A program made the position numbers and the translations under genes. From assembly GCA_964016885.1 (NCBI GenBank), contig OZ024747.1:79918001-79982000 (forward strand): a stretch of DNA of 64,000 nt, in the 5' to 3' direction. The notes under the pieces were generated by a model that was not told where the DNA came from, did no database searches, and saw only the letters and a list, made by a program, of their open reading frames with translations. This DNA comes from Eledone cirrhosa. Lineage: Eukaryota. Positions 37,439 to 56,752 of the stretch are shown in pieces. Each line of letters opens with the position of its first letter. Position 1 is the first letter of the stretch.

Positions 37439-40147
37439 ATGCCTCTCACCACCACCACAATCTTAACAAACACACAGACACAGAAAACAAGTAATGACAG
37501 TAGCACAGAAATCAGAGAAATAAGAGAAAGTAATAGGATTAAAAGGAAAAGGAGATGGGAGACTAAGGACAAAGAGAATAACCAAGACGAACACACAGAC
37601 ACACAAAATAGGGTAGATAACAACATTGAGCCAGTGGAAAGAGACAGGAATAATTATGAGAGACATAGAAACAACCATGAAGCTGAGGCTGCTGCTGTTG
37701 GTGGAAATAGAAACAACACAACTAACAATAACAATAGCACTAGTACACATAAAGCAGCAGCCTGGAACTCTCCGTTTTATAACCCCTCCGATAAATCATT
37801 CGACCTACGACGAGTCCACGCCACGACTTTGCCATTTAACAAACGCACGCAGTTGCCGTCGCAGGTCGATGAACAAACAGAAGCACAATTTAGGATAGCT
37901 AAATCCGAACTTAGAAATATTATAGAACAGTATAGCAAGAAGCATAATAGAATAGAGGCCCAGCAACTGGGAGAAGAATCTGCAAATGGCTTGCGTAAGC
38001 TCATGCAGCGCTCGCGTAATGGAGAGATAGCATGCTTTCCAACAGACAAGTCTGGCAGAATGTCGGTTGACAGCCTGCCAAACTACATCCAGGCAATGCA
38101 ACCCCACATCACTAACACAAGAGAGGTAACACCACAGGAGCATGAGGATAGAGAAAAAACCCTCAATGCCCATATGGTGATGTGGACAAATATAATGCAG
38201 CCCAACAAAAGGACTGCCAACAACTTCCAGGCCTGGAACAATGACGTGCCGGCGTTGTATGGGCTTCGAAAAGACCATAAAACGGGCTGGGACCCTGTCG
38301 CGGGACCACCAACACGGCCAGTCTGTGGGGCTAACATTGCTAGTAACTACAGACTGTCCTACTTCCTCTCCCTGATCATACGCCTCATCATTGAGATGTC
38401 CCCAGATGTGTGTGACAGCACGGAGGACCTCCTCAGCAGAATCGGCGCGGGTAACCGATCTGGGGACCTAACAAACTGCATAATAGGCAGTATGGATGTT
38501 GTGTCCCTGTATCCATCTATTGACGTGGATTTTGCTGTGGAGAAATGCGTCGAAATGATCAGCGAGAGCAAGGTTGAGTTCCGTGGGATTGATACCAGTG
38601 AGCTGGGACTTCTACTTAAGCTTACCCATAGTAATAGTTACCTAGACACTTACGACCTTAGCAACCTGTGCCCTACAAGACCAGCAAGAGGCAGACCACC
38701 TACCATTACCTCAATGGCCAAGAAAACCCACACAGATAGATGGAACGGGTGGACCAGAGCCATACGGACACCCGAAAACCACGATGAACTGAAGAAAATG
38801 ATTGCACATGCGGTAGGGGCCAGCATAAAATTAACCCTTAAGGAACATATGTTCAAATTTAATGGTAAAACATATGCCCAAGAGGAAGGAGCAGCCATTG
38901 GTGTTAGCATTGCAGGCGACATAGCTAACTTATTCATGGTATGGTGGGACAGTAGACTTAAACAAAAACTTAATGAACAATTAGAAGACAGCTTAACCCT
39001 GATAATGTACTCCCGCTACGTAGATGATATAAACATCGTAGTTAAGACACCCCCACTAAAGAACAGTCAGGAACCAGAGAAAAACACAATGGAAAGCATC
39101 CAGCAAATAGCAAACTCCATCCACCAGAGCATTAGAGTTACTATAGACTACCCAAGTAGACACCCCAACCATCGATTACCTGTACTAGACACAGAGCTCT
39201 GGTTAGATACTATTAACAACCAAAAACAAATCCTCCATTCCCATTATGCCAAACCCATGACTTCCAAACATCTGATCCACCGAAACTCGGCCATTTCGGA
39301 CCATACCAAAATCAACATACTGATTGCGGATTTGGTACGGGTGATGAGAAATGTGTCCCGCATGTGCAACCCCGAAGAACTAGAGAGACACATACAACAC
39401 TTCATCCACCGTATGCAGTTCTCTGGCTACAATCAGAGAGATAGAATCAGAGTGTATAAAGGAGCCAGAACCAAATGGGAAAAAATGGTAAATAATGACA
39501 TAAATGGGACCTGCCCCTTGTATAGGAGCAAATTTTGGAATAGAATAGAAAGAACTAAGAACAAGGCCAATAGAATAAACTCATGGTATGATAGCAATAA
39601 ATACCAGAGTGTAATGTTCATCAATACAACCCCTAGAGGCGAACTAGCCTACAAATTTAGAAGGGCCCTAAAGAAACATAATCTCAATATTAAGATAGTA
39701 GAAAGACCTGGTACCTCCGTAAAAACACTTATTAGCAAGACATACCCGTTCCAAAGACCCTCATGTATAGATAAGAAATGTATAACCTGTAAAATAAGCC
39801 CCCATATTAACTGTAAAACTAGAAATGTAGTATATAGCATAAGATGTACTGAAGGACAATGTAGAAACAAAAATATAGTGTACATAGGTGAGACAGCTCG
39901 TAGTATAGGGGAACGAATAAATGAACACTGGCGAGACCTCCAAGATAGTAAAGAATCATCTGTGCTCTACCAACATGCTAAGATAGAACACAGGGGTAAA
40001 TTAGAGAGCATAGAAATAAAAATAGAATCCACACACAAGAAAGACGCAATGTTTAGGCAAATTACAGAGGCAGTAAGCATAAAAGAATTAAAACCAAAAT
40101 TAAATAGAAAATATGAGTGGAACAGCAACATCACAACTTACAATTAA
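37439..40147 (+). CDS. PLE reverse transcriptase plus GIY-YIG endonuclease
   Basis: TDKSG, LYGLRKDHK, RPV, SMDVVSLYPSI, QEEGAAIG, RYVDD, LPVLD, C-x4-C-x2-C linker and NVVY..YIGETARSIGERINEH; no internal stops. Confidence 0.92.
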   Translation: MPLTTTTILTNTQTQKTSNDSSTEIREIRESNRIKRKRRWETKDKENNQDEHTDTQNRVDNNIEPVERDRNNYERHRNNHEAEAAAVGGNRNNTTNNNNSTSTHKAAAWNSPFYNPSDKSFDLRRVHATTLPFNKRTQLPSQVDEQTEAQFRIAKSELRNIIEQYSKKHNRIEAQQLGEESANGLRKLMQRSRNGEIACFPTDKSGRMSVDSLPNYIQAMQPHITNTREVTPQEHEDREKTLNAHMVMWTNIMQPNKRTANNFQAWNNDVPALYGLRKDHKTGWDPVAGPPTRPVCGANIASNYRLSYFLSLIIRLIIEMSPDVCDSTEDLLSRIGAGNRSGDLTNCIIGSMDVVSLYPSIDVDFAVEKCVEMISESKVEFRGIDTSELGLLLKLTHSNSYLDTYDLSNLCPTRPARGRPPTITSMAKKTHTDRWNGWTRAIRTPENHDELKKMIAHAVGASIKLTLKEHMFKFNGKTYAQEEGAAIGVSIAGDIANLFMVWWDSRLKQKLNEQLEDSLTLIMYSRYVDDINIVVKTPPLKNSQEPEKNTMESIQQIANSIHQSIRVTIDYPSRHPNHRLPVLDTELWLDTINNQKQILHSHYAKPMTSKHLIHRNSAISDHTKINILIADLVRVMRNVSRMCNPEELERHIQHFIHRMQFSGYNQRDRIRVYKGARTKWEKMVNNDINGTCPLYRSKFWNRIERTKNKANRINSWYDSNKYQSVMFINTTPRGELAYKFRRALKKHNLNIKIVERPGTSVKTLISKTYPFQRPSCIDKKCITCKISPHINCKTRNVVYSIRCTEGQCRNKNIVYIGETARSIGERINEHWRDLQDSKESSVLYQHAKIEHRGKLESIEIKIESTHKKDAMFRQITEAVSIKELKPKLNRKYEWNSNITTYN

Positions 40148-40444
40148 GGACAAAATGAAAACACACACACACATAGAACAAACAACTTACAATTGAAAAC
40201 ACACACAAAATGAAAACACACACAAGACAAAATGAAAACACACACACACATAGAACAAACAACCAACCAACAATAAATAAATAAATAAACAAACAAATAT
40301 AAATAGAAAAATAGAAAAATGAACACAAACACACACAGACACCCGGATCTGGCGCATGCGCAAACTGAGCACGCAACCCACACACAAACAAAATGGCGTA
40401 GGATAGAAGAAAGGAAAGGCACAGAAACGAAGAAAGAAATCCCC

Positions 40445-40489
40445 AGTCACTGAAGAGGTCACAGAGTGTGTGACGAAAGAACTATGACT
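40445..40489 (+). ncRNA. Minimal hammerhead in the 3' pLTR
   Basis: AGTCA-CTGAAGA-G-GTCACA-GAGTG-TGTGAC-GAAAG-AA-CTA-TGACT. Confidence 0.75.
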
Positions 40490-40648
40490 ATATATATATA
40501 AACAACTATCTGGTTGTGGAACCAACCAACCAACCAGAAATTTATAAATTTGTAAATTTATAAATATATAATAAATTAAATTGAAGTGAAAGCAACTGGT
40601 GCGTGTGTTTCTTATTGGCAACATGACCCTCCCAAAGTATAACAATAT

Positions 40649-43297
<2,649 letters not shown>

Positions 43298-43341
43298 GGA
43301 GGAGTGGAGAATAACACGGATAAGCTATACAGTAGGGACAC

Positions 43342-43403
<62 letters not shown>

Positions 43404-43596
43404 GCATCAACAAGTGTGTGAGTGTTAGACATATGTATATTGATATAAATGCATAAATATTTATATGTATACATATATAATTTCATTACATATTCATATA
43501 TGACCGTTACATCTATAATTATATATAAACATATATATATATACATATATATATACATATATACATATATATATACATATATACATATATATATAC

Positions 43597-43680
<84 letters not shown>

Positions 43681-44329
43681 TTAAATAAATATGATGTTTG
43701 TTGGGGTGTCAATACCAATATATAATGCAGTCTCACACGCACATGTTTAAACTGCATTATATGTAACAAATTAGTCTTGTTAAAATACTGCTCCTTTATT
43801 TGATTGAGTATTGATTTCCTGCAGAGAACTTAATTACTGTAAATATTTCAATAATTAAATGACAAGCTGGACAGAGAATTGGCTTTATCAGCTACACGGA
43901 ATCTGAAGGTGAGGGTTTCAATTGTTACTTTTAGGTACTTTCTATCTAGCTTTATTTTATTTGATCGAACAACCACGTTTGAAGTTAGCCTTTCGTTTAT
44001 TCTACTAAGGAAGACTTGATCCAATAACATACATTCCCCCCTCTCTCTCTCTCTCACACATACACACATACATGCACGCAGACAGGCACACACACAAACA
44101 TACAAATATACATACATAGTCAAACACAAATGCATACACATTGCAAGCAAACGGACATGTACTATCCACACACATACACACTTACAAACACGCACGCAGA
44201 CCCACACATACACTTTATACGTATAGGCACCATTCGACATGTTTGTTATGTTATTTTTTAATAGTGTGGAATGGGAGGAAACTACAAGAAGAGTTTCTAA
44301 TAATCCATTGTATGTAGGTCTAGTTATCG

Positions 44330-44540
44330 GACTTGTATGACTAAAACATTTTGGTATTTGTTCCTGCTAACTGCGTTCTGAGTTCAGACCCTGCTGAAGC
44401 AAACCTTGCCTTTCAACCGTCCGGGGTTGATAAATAACGTATCATTTCAGAGGCGGTGGATTGGCAGAATTGCTATAGAGTCTGGCGGGTTGCTGAGTGG
44501 TATCTGATCCGGCTCTGTGCATTCTGAGTTGAAATCTCTC
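44330..44540 (+). mobile_element. Degraded SINE family A copies
   Basis: TTCTGAGTTCAGACCC..CTTGCCTTTCA..GGGGTTGATAAA; GGCGGTGGATTGGCAGAAT head; a similar pair at ~45095-45240. Confidence 0.55.
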
Positions 44541-46143
44541 TTCTTTCTGACAGGAGTTGTGACCGGAAGATAGCATCCTCTTGCAATAGAAGTAACAACT
44601 CATTGCAGTAAAGCAGTCAATAGAAAAAGTGATGAAGTCATGATTTCATCACAGCTTCACCTTCCGAAAGGATTGGATGAAACACAACGACGACGAAATC
44701 CAGTTAATTCCGCACTGAAATGCCTTTCTACTTTATATGCACGATATTATTTCAGTTCGATATTTCAGGCATGGCAACTATGGGGCTTCGGATTCAATCC
44801 CACTGAATGGCACCTTCGGCAAATGTCTTCTACCCTATATATGTCGTGGTAGAGTTTATCAGTCTAATAGATTAATATTAAGTTTATGGTCTTTAAAAGT
44901 AAAATAAGGGTGTCTAGTTACAATACACTGCGTTCGGGCGTAAATTTCTAATCCAGTAATGTTTTAATCCTGAATATTAATTTAATAGACTCAAATTCTT
45001 TTTTCTTTTTCCGAATTGGTGGAGCCCTTAAGGTTTCGAATTAAATGCTGTTATTTTTTCCGAGTCACTGTGCCCCGATTTCAAATCTCGCCGTTTTCGA
45101 ACTTTGACTTTCATCCTTCTGGGTGTCGATAAACAAATCACCAGTCCATATGTTGTTGATTGGCAGAATTGTTACAAAGTCAGGAGGGGATCGCTTTGTG
45201 GTATTTGATCCGTCACTATGCATTCTGAGTTAAAAACCCATCTCTTTCTACCAGGAGTTGCGACCAGCTGTAGCTATTATCAACAATGGAAATATAAATG
45301 GAAATATTGTTTCCTTGGTCAAATCTGTTGATTAAAAAAACAACATATATATATATGCTTGTTATATTATGCTTGTAGCAGACCTGTCATCTCTCCCCAT
45401 CCGGTGGGAAGATCGCCCACCAAGTTTTGGGTGGGTGAGATATGTCTTCTCTTGTGAAAATGGGTATAGCATTATGTAAAATCTCCCCATTTTGCCTCAT
45501 TTCTCCCTGTTTTGGGGGTACTTTGTTTCATGATACTCTCCGTTTGGGATTTTAGAAGTTGGATTTTAGAACTTTGGAGTCGTTGGGGCAATGGGGAATA
45601 GATCCTGGTTTCGATCTGGTAAGAAAAAAAGAAGGGAAAATAGGAATAACATTGTGAGTTGTATTTTGATGTAAGACTTTTGTCAGTTATCAACGATTCC
45701 GTAGCGAGTCAATGATTAGTCAATAAAATTCTCATATATTCTAGTAATTCAATAATTATTTTAAAAATAGTAATTTAATTTTTCTTATTACTATACATAA
45801 TTATTCCATCTCATTACTTTATCTTGACAGTCGACAATGCATTTTATATTCCTCGTATTTTCCTTTCATAACTCTTCTACGGTTCAATAACAATTTAGCG
45901 CGTCATATGATAACATTCCCAAAATAACTAATGTCTGTAAACGTTTTCAATTCTACGTGTATCTATATTTCTGTTTGTAAGCTGTTATTTACGTATCGAT
46001 CTTGTTTGATGCTCTATATGAAAGGTTCTCAGAGTGGGGGCATTGAGAAGGTACACACACACACACGCACACGCACACGCACACACACATACATACATAC
46101 ATACATACATACATACATACATACATACATACATACATACATG

Positions 46144-46270
46144 CGAGAAAAACACAAACGCTCCATCTCAATTATATTTTTGAAAAGCATAAGAACTGTG
46201 AAACCGGTAAAGGAAACAAATAAATATTCTTAAAAAGACTCCAGCTGCATTTTCGATTTCATTTTTTTCC
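46144..46270 (+). mobile_element. Second copy of the 20558-20781 HHR island with a degraded HHR (~46176-46213)
   Basis: CTCCATCTCAA..TTTTGAAAAGCA.AAGAACTG.GAAACCGGTAAAGGAA..GACTCCAG.TGCATTTTCGATTTCAT shared. Confidence 0.75.
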
Positions 46271-46271
46271 T

Positions 46272-48604
<2,333 letters not shown>

Positions 48605-48825
48605 TTCATTTAATTTATTGATTTATTGATTTTTTATCTGATTGTCCCGAATCTTCCAGATCGCAAATTTTCGATCGTACGGTTGATTATAGACTTGTTC
48701 TATGTGTGACGGTATTTTAACGACAGTTATAGCTCTGATTTATCTAAATTATGGAGCCCTCTGCGCTCATATCGAATTTTGTTTATCGTGAACTCGTGCG
48801 CCGATTTTTCGATACTCGATTATTC

Positions 48826-49305
<480 letters not shown>

Positions 49306-49306
49306 A

Positions 49307-49789
<483 letters not shown>

Positions 49790-50110
49790 ATATATATATA
49801 TATATATTTGTATATATATATATATATATTTGTGTATATATGTGTGTATATATATATATGTATATGTATGTATGTATATGTGTATATGTACGTGTATGTA
49901 TGTATATGTTGCGTGTGTTTTTATTTATTTTTATGTATGTGTGGGTTTGTGTGTGGGTGTGTGTGTGTGTATATATGTGTGTGTGTTTGTATTTGGTTGT
50001 GCGTTCTTTTGATATATACGTATTTGCATGTGTATAATTGTTTAGCTATGTATGTATATGTGTGTTTACGTATTTATATGTGTGTGTGCGTTTATATTTT
50101 TATATTTTTG

Positions 50111-50169
<59 letters not shown>

Positions 50170-50567
50170 GTGTGTGTGTGTGTATATAATTACATATACA
50201 TGTGTGTGTTTATATTGTATACGTGTACGTGTTTGCGTATGTATGTGTATGTACGTGTTTATGTATTTGTATATGTATATTTATGTGTGAGAGTGTGTGT
50301 ATGTGTTTACTATTTCGAACGTATGTATATGCGCTTATGTGTGTATTACTTACCACGCGTGTCTGTCCTGTTAGCTGGGGCATGTATCGCTGTCAAATAT
50401 TTGTTAATATTATTTATATATTTTTTTCTTATATTTATTTGCGTGTGTTAATATGTAGTGGAGTGCATTCATGTATGTGTATGTATGTACGTTGTATGTT
50501 TGTGTGAATGTATGTATATATGTGTGTGTATATATATGTGTGTGTGTATGTGTAGGCTTGTACACAC

Positions 50568-50605
<38 letters not shown>

Positions 50606-50696
50606 ATATGTGTATATGTGTGTATATGTATGTGTGTATATATATGTATATATATATATATATATATATGTATGGATATGTACATGTGTATATATA

Positions 50697-50734
<38 letters not shown>

Positions 50735-50835
50735 CGTGTGTATGTATGAATATATGTATGTGTATATGTGTGTATATATATGTGTATGTGTGTGTAGGTG
50801 TACGCTCTTTATATATATATATGTGTATGTATGTG

Positions 50836-50900
<65 letters not shown>

Positions 50901-51110
50901 GTATGTGTATGTGTATATGTGTATGCGTGCAAATTATATGTGTATATATGTGTGTGTGTGTAAGTATGGTTTTTGGGTTTTTTTGTGTGTGTTTGCATGT
51001 GTAGTTTTATTTTATTTTATTTTTCCTTTCCTTCTCCCTTTTCCAGCCTCACTTTCATATAGATTGCATTTTCGTTTTTAGAATCCATATTCAATAAACA
51101 AACCAGGATT

Positions 51111-51170
51111 TTTCATTCTGAGGATTGAAAGCAAAACCTTTTGCTTTTAAGAAACCACTGGTAAATGGAA
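51111..51170 (+). ncRNA. Type I hammerhead ribozyme
   Basis: TTTCATT-CTGAGGA-TTGAAAGCAAAA..TTTTGCTTTTAA-GAAACC-ACT-GGTA-AATGGAA, just upstream of (TA)n. Confidence 0.8.
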
Positions 51171-51194
51171 TAATTGCCTTATGTTGTTTATTAC

Positions 51195-51328
<134 letters not shown>

Positions 51329-52969
51329 ACTCTTCTGTCGATATCCGACGTATGAGTGTTCAACAAAAGTTAAATGTGAGAAAGTGAACTGATGTTGAAC
51401 TACCCACACAAAATTTTGTTTTAAGTGGTGAAGGCTTGTATAGGGCCAACCGCACATTTTGGAACTGACGTCACATATCTTCAGTGCAAATGTTTGCCAC
51501 GGAAAATACGACAACCTTCAGACTTTTATGCCTCGGAGTTTAAACTCTCCGTATATAAAATAAGTAATAGTATATATATATATATATACATACCTACATA
51601 GCGTGCTTTACAGAATTCACACAAGACACAACACTTTAGAATTGAAAGCAATAATACCATTGCTGTAGCGACAACACTGTCTAGTACTCACATATTTTAA
51701 CCGCCTCTCAATAACTGATGACAAGACTCATATTTTGAACTCTATTAGGATGAAAAATCTGTACTGCAAAATAATTCATCCGAGTTTTTACCATTTTGCT
51801 AATTCCCTATCTATACTTGGATACCTTCATAATGGAATGGAATGAACCTCCGTCGGTTTAGACAATTAGTGTTCCAGTTGTTTGATTACCGGAACAACCT
51901 GCTTGTGAAGTTAATGCGTAAGTCGTTGAGCGTTCCCTGACACGGGTACCCTTAATGTAATTCTCAGGAAGATCCAGTATGACGCAATGTGTGACAAGGT
52001 TGACTCTGATTTGTAGCTACAGTCTATCTGACTAACCTATAAGCAGTTTTCGTCAAACCAGTTATACTTACAAGGTTTGGCTCGATCTGAGGTTATAACA
52101 AATACCATTGACAAGTCAGTCAATCATATTGGTGGCCTCCCCACAGCCTCGGCGGACAGAATAGAGAAGGCGTTTCCCTGGAGGACGGCAAAGGAGACGC
52201 GCTGGAAAAGCCATTCCAACTCGCGGGGCTCACATCTGCGGCTGGCCAGCTCAGCGCCTATGGTGGTATTTATTAAATATTCGAATTTCTTATCAATTCA
52301 GCCTCTCCTCATCCACAGTCCGATAATAAATATTTTGAAAAGACCCGAAATAAAAATACTATAAGGAAAAATGGATAAAATAGATGAAACATAATGTTGG
52401 AAATTAATTTAAGCCGTGTAATTAGTTTATCCAGTGTAATATTAATTTGAAGAGCTTTTTACTTGTTTTAAAAATAAATATTAAAATGATATTAAAATTT
52501 ATCCGATGAAATAAGATAAGAATTTGTGATGATTACATTTTATAACAAGCTTAAAATTTACTTGTATATAGTAAGTTAGATCTGAAGCTTAGTCGTTTGA
52601 AAAACTGTGGCGCTAAATTAAATTAAAGTTTAGTTGTTTGAACTTAAATAAGTATTCGTTGCTTAGCAACTTAATGACTATATGATTAAACTCTTAATTT
52701 TTCGAATGTAAAATAATTACTTCAGAGCAAAAAAGCTGTTTTTTCTAGATAAGCAATAAGCAAATGGCAGTTTATTTTTATGTAGTATGAAAATGCTCTT
52801 TTTCATTACTAGTTTTATTGAGGTTTTATCTCGTGATTTTTTTTTATTTTCGGAGAAGTGGAGAGTGTTCTATAGAGTGTACTATAGTTAAAATATATTT
52901 GGTTTGAGAGAAATCAATAGTGATTCTGTCGAAAACTGAACTAAACGTTTCCACTAGTTCACTGCAGTG

Positions 52970-53500
52970 AAGGCAAATGGTTTCGTGGTTAGTGTGTTAA
53001 ACCACGATCGTAAGGTCATGAGTGGAATTCCCAAACCGGGTGGTGCGTTGTATCTTTGAGTAAGGCGCTTCTTTCGCTTTGCTCCAGTCCACTCAGCTGA
53101 TAAAAATAAGTTGTACATCTAATAAAGATGCTAGCCGTGTCACACATTGTATAACGCTGAATCTCCCGGAGAACTACGTTAAAAGTACACGTGTCTGTGG
53201 AATGTTCAGCTACTGACACGTTAATTTCACGAGCAGGAAGTTCTGTTGATCGAATCAATTGGAGTACTCGATGTCGGAAACGACAGAGGTTCAACAAGAA
53301 CAACAGTTGACTTCATTAATTCTTGCCTCAACGTGTTTCTGTTTAAAGGTACACGTGTCTGTGGAATGTTCAGCTACTGACACGTTAATTTCATGAGCAG
53401 GAAGTTCTGTTGAAAGAATGAACTGGAGCACTCGATGTCGGAAACGACAGAGGTCCAACAAGAACAACAGTTGACTTCATTAATTCTTGTCTCAGCGTGT
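52970..53500 (+). mobile_element. SINE family B with a tandem duplication of its ~160-bp 3' part
   Basis: TGGTTTCGTGGTTAGTG head; GTACACGTGTCTGTGGAATGTTCAGC..ATTAATTCTTG occurs twice (~53185 and ~53349); minus-strand relative at ~51850-52005. Confidence 0.75.
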
Positions 53501-54029
53501 TTCTATCTTCTGCTATAATTTTCTTAAATTATCTTCAGTTAGAAATTTCTTGAACCGGCTCTTCCAGCGTATCTCCCTTACTATCTTCCGGGGCTCACCA
53601 TACGGAGAGATGGGGAGGGCGAGAGAGGTGGAGGCGATGACAGTGGGAGTTCGGCTCTTCCACGTTCGGACCATATCCTTGTGGTTGTGTTCATCAAGCC
53701 CTAGTGCAGTAATGGGATTGAGTTAATCCTAGTTATAAAGAAATTATTAATAGTTTGTAGATAATTAGACCGAAGCCATTTCTATATTGTTATGACTAGA
53801 GAAAGGGAGAGAGATTGAAAGATGTAAGACTACAGCATTGATGTTATGCAATCTCATGATATTTTAGCAATGAGATATGTAATATCTTCATAATACATAT
53901 CGATTATTGTAGTTTAGTTCTCGTTTAGCCCCGAGTAAGCCGGCATTCCAACTGCCAGCATCCGGCTTTTTTTTTACACCGAGGACAATACATTGTTTAA
54001 TGTGTCTTTTCTTATTTTAAGACTGTACA

Positions 54030-54183
54030 GTTATGACCCTTTATGTTGTGAGTTCAAATCTCGGTGAGGTTAGCTTTGTCTTTTATCTTTACGGGGTCGA
54101 TAAAGTATAGTACCAGTAATGCACTGGTATCGATTTCATCATCTTTTCCTTTCACATCACTGGCCTTGTGCCAAATGTAGAAA
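54030..54183 (+). mobile_element. SINE family A fragment
   Basis: GAGTTCAAATCTCGGTGAGGTTAGCTTTG..GGGGTCGATAAA..TGGCCTTGTGCC. Confidence 0.7.
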
Positions 54184-54214
54184 AAATAATATATATATAT
54201 GCTGATTGATAAGA

Positions 54215-54300
<86 letters not shown>

Positions 54301-54460
54301 AGTTGATGGGACTAGTATAAGTTTCCCTGTTAGTACCGGTTGCATATATATACACATATATACGTATTTGTGTGTGTGTATCTGTGTCTGAGTTTGGATG
54401 TGTGATCTTGTATATGTACACATATGTATATAATCAAATTTTCTGCACATCCTTTCATCA

Positions 54461-54559
<99 letters not shown>
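54461..54559. repeat. (ATCT)n tetranucleotide repeat
   Basis: Visible directly in the sequence. Confidence 0.95.
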
Positions 54560-54985
54560 CCATAAATGCGCTCAAATACAGCCATCCCTGACACACGTAC
54601 ATCTGAAATTATCTACACTTATAATTGAAAAGTGTCAAAATGCTTACACAGTCTAACAATGTCTATTGTGTAAGAATATTCACAAGATAGTTATTTTTTT
54701 ATATTCCTTGAGAAATGTGTTTGTAACCGAAATATAAACGTATCAAGCCACAAACAAGCAGCTGGCATCATTATGTTGAGACATTCAACCAAATATGATA
54801 CATTATTTGACACACATCTTTTAGCAATTTATTTTGACAGGAATAATTACCAAACTTGAATACTGAAAATAGTTTGGTTTATTGTCACACAAACTCTCCA
54901 ACCACGTAACAACAATAATAAAGAAGAAACATACAAGAAACGAAACAAGGAATAAGGAAAATTTTTTCTTTGTTTGTTTATTAAA

Positions 54986-55027
<42 letters not shown>

Positions 55028-55207
55028 GTTGTTGTTGTTGTTGTTGTTGTTGTATTTTAATTTATTTATGTTGTCAGTATTCATTATAAACAAGAATTTA
55101 TTTGTAAAAGTTATATTTAATATATATATTAATATTCTCCACCATCATTATCATTCTTCTTCTTATTATTATTCTTATTCTTATTCTTATTCTTCTTATT
55201 ATTATTA

Positions 55208-55651
55208 TGAAAGGGCTGAAGACGAGCACTTACCTCTTCGGTGATGCCCTGATTAACTTTTTCAAATTTCAGTTGAAAAGGAAAATCCGGATAGAGAGGG
55301 AAGTGCTCTCTTCCCAGCATTTTGTTGAAAGATGGGTGAGAGAAGCAAGAATGGCCCGAGTGAATGGGCCTACTCTGAGTATGTGTCTGTAAATTAAAGG
55401 TGGAAAACTGGGAGAGGGCACTTGCTCTGGTGGTCAGGGTCACTGTGGCTTTTAATGGGCTTTCTCCACAAATGTTTCTCGGAAGTCCCCCCCCCCCCCC
55501 CCTATTGGGGAATTTTTTGCATTGTTATTTTTTGTTACATCCTCTGTTTTTGTTTTTTTACACGCAGAAATGCCCATTTGTAACCTCCTGTATTGTCCTG
55601 TACTGTCCTTAATGTCTACTTTATGTAAACCCTTGTGGTTAATAAAGAAAG

Positions 55652-55684
<33 letters not shown>

Positions 55685-55685
55685 C
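55208..55685 (+). mobile_element. 3' fragment of the L1/Tx1-like family at 17065-19971
   Basis: KGLKTSTYLFGD..NGPTLSMCL and the 3' UTR are near-identical to 19497-19932; (ATT)n on both sides. Confidence 0.92.
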
Positions 55686-56324
55686 ATCATCATCATCATC
55701 ATCATTATAGATGTTATTGTGAATGTTATTTGTTATTATCATTTTTATGAAAAAGTTATCGCTATACATTTTTTTATGATAGTTTATTATTTTTTGTATT
55801 TTTACATATTTTTCTTTGTTCAATGGATCGATTTTCCGAATTATAGAAACTTGGAAAGCTTTTGATTCGACAACAAAAGTCTTCTAATTAAATCTTGAAT
55901 TGAAAGAACCACAACCGATTTCTAACCAAAAGATTTCCTTTCACCATTCGCTTATCTAAGTGTTATGTTTCTAACAATATGGTTTATTTCTACTTGAATT
56001 CTGATTCTGATTATGAAGAAAGTTGAGGCAGAAAATGGAAGGCAAAGAATCCTTTCTTTATCGACCACTATGGTCGAAATATAAAGGACAATACAAAATA
56101 GGGACTGTGGGAACTTACAAAACAAGTGTAAAAATAAAAAAAACAAAACATGTAACAATGATAAATAAGTTACAACAGAATTTGCGAATAGGAAAGAACG
56201 TCACCCAAGGGTAGTTTAAGAACCTCACAGACCCGAAATCATCATAATCGCCAAGAGCTCCCTAGGTAGGTGCCCCTATCCTTTCTGAACTATCCAGCAT
56301 ACAGAAGTATGGTCATTACCGAAT

Positions 56325-56675
56325 TTACCCATCTTTTAAGATATACTGTGTGGGAGGACTACTTCTCTCTCCACCCTCACTTTTCTTTTCAAGTGGAACT
56401 TGAAAATGTTGATGAGGGATTGGTCGAAGAGGAACATGTCTGTCTTCAGCCCTTTCAGTCGCATCCACTATAAACCTCGTTTGTTACAACCACCAAACAG
56501 GGAAACTGCCTGTCCTTCCCGATCAAGGAAAGATGGATAGCAGGAACCGTATTACACGAGACAATAACTGTTCGACAAAACTCCACAAGTCAACACTACC
56601 CGGACACTGGATGAGTGTGTACGGAACGGCTTCGTCGCCCTGTGCGCATCTCAAACAGGTCCATTTCCCCCGCTG
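56325..56675 (-). mobile_element. Older diverged L1/Tx1-like fragment
   Basis: Minus strand translates CAQGDEAV..LIQCP and LINIFKFHLKRKVRVERE. Confidence 0.75.
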
Positions 56676-56752
56676 CCCATCCATATTTTATTTGGGGATT
56701 TATTTTGTACTTTATATACTACATCAACTCCTTGTTATTATTTCAAACAACA

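Larger units (their letters stand above)
32734..40648 (+). mobile_element. Penelope-like retroelement: inverted 3' arm plus a partial-tandem forward unit
   Basis: Direct pLTRs 35568-36368 and 39854-40648; inverted arm 32734-35568 copies from 37874 onward; RT plus GIY-YIG ORF; HHR in each pLTR; the Cys-rich linker suggests a Neptune-like clade (inference). Confidence 0.95.
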
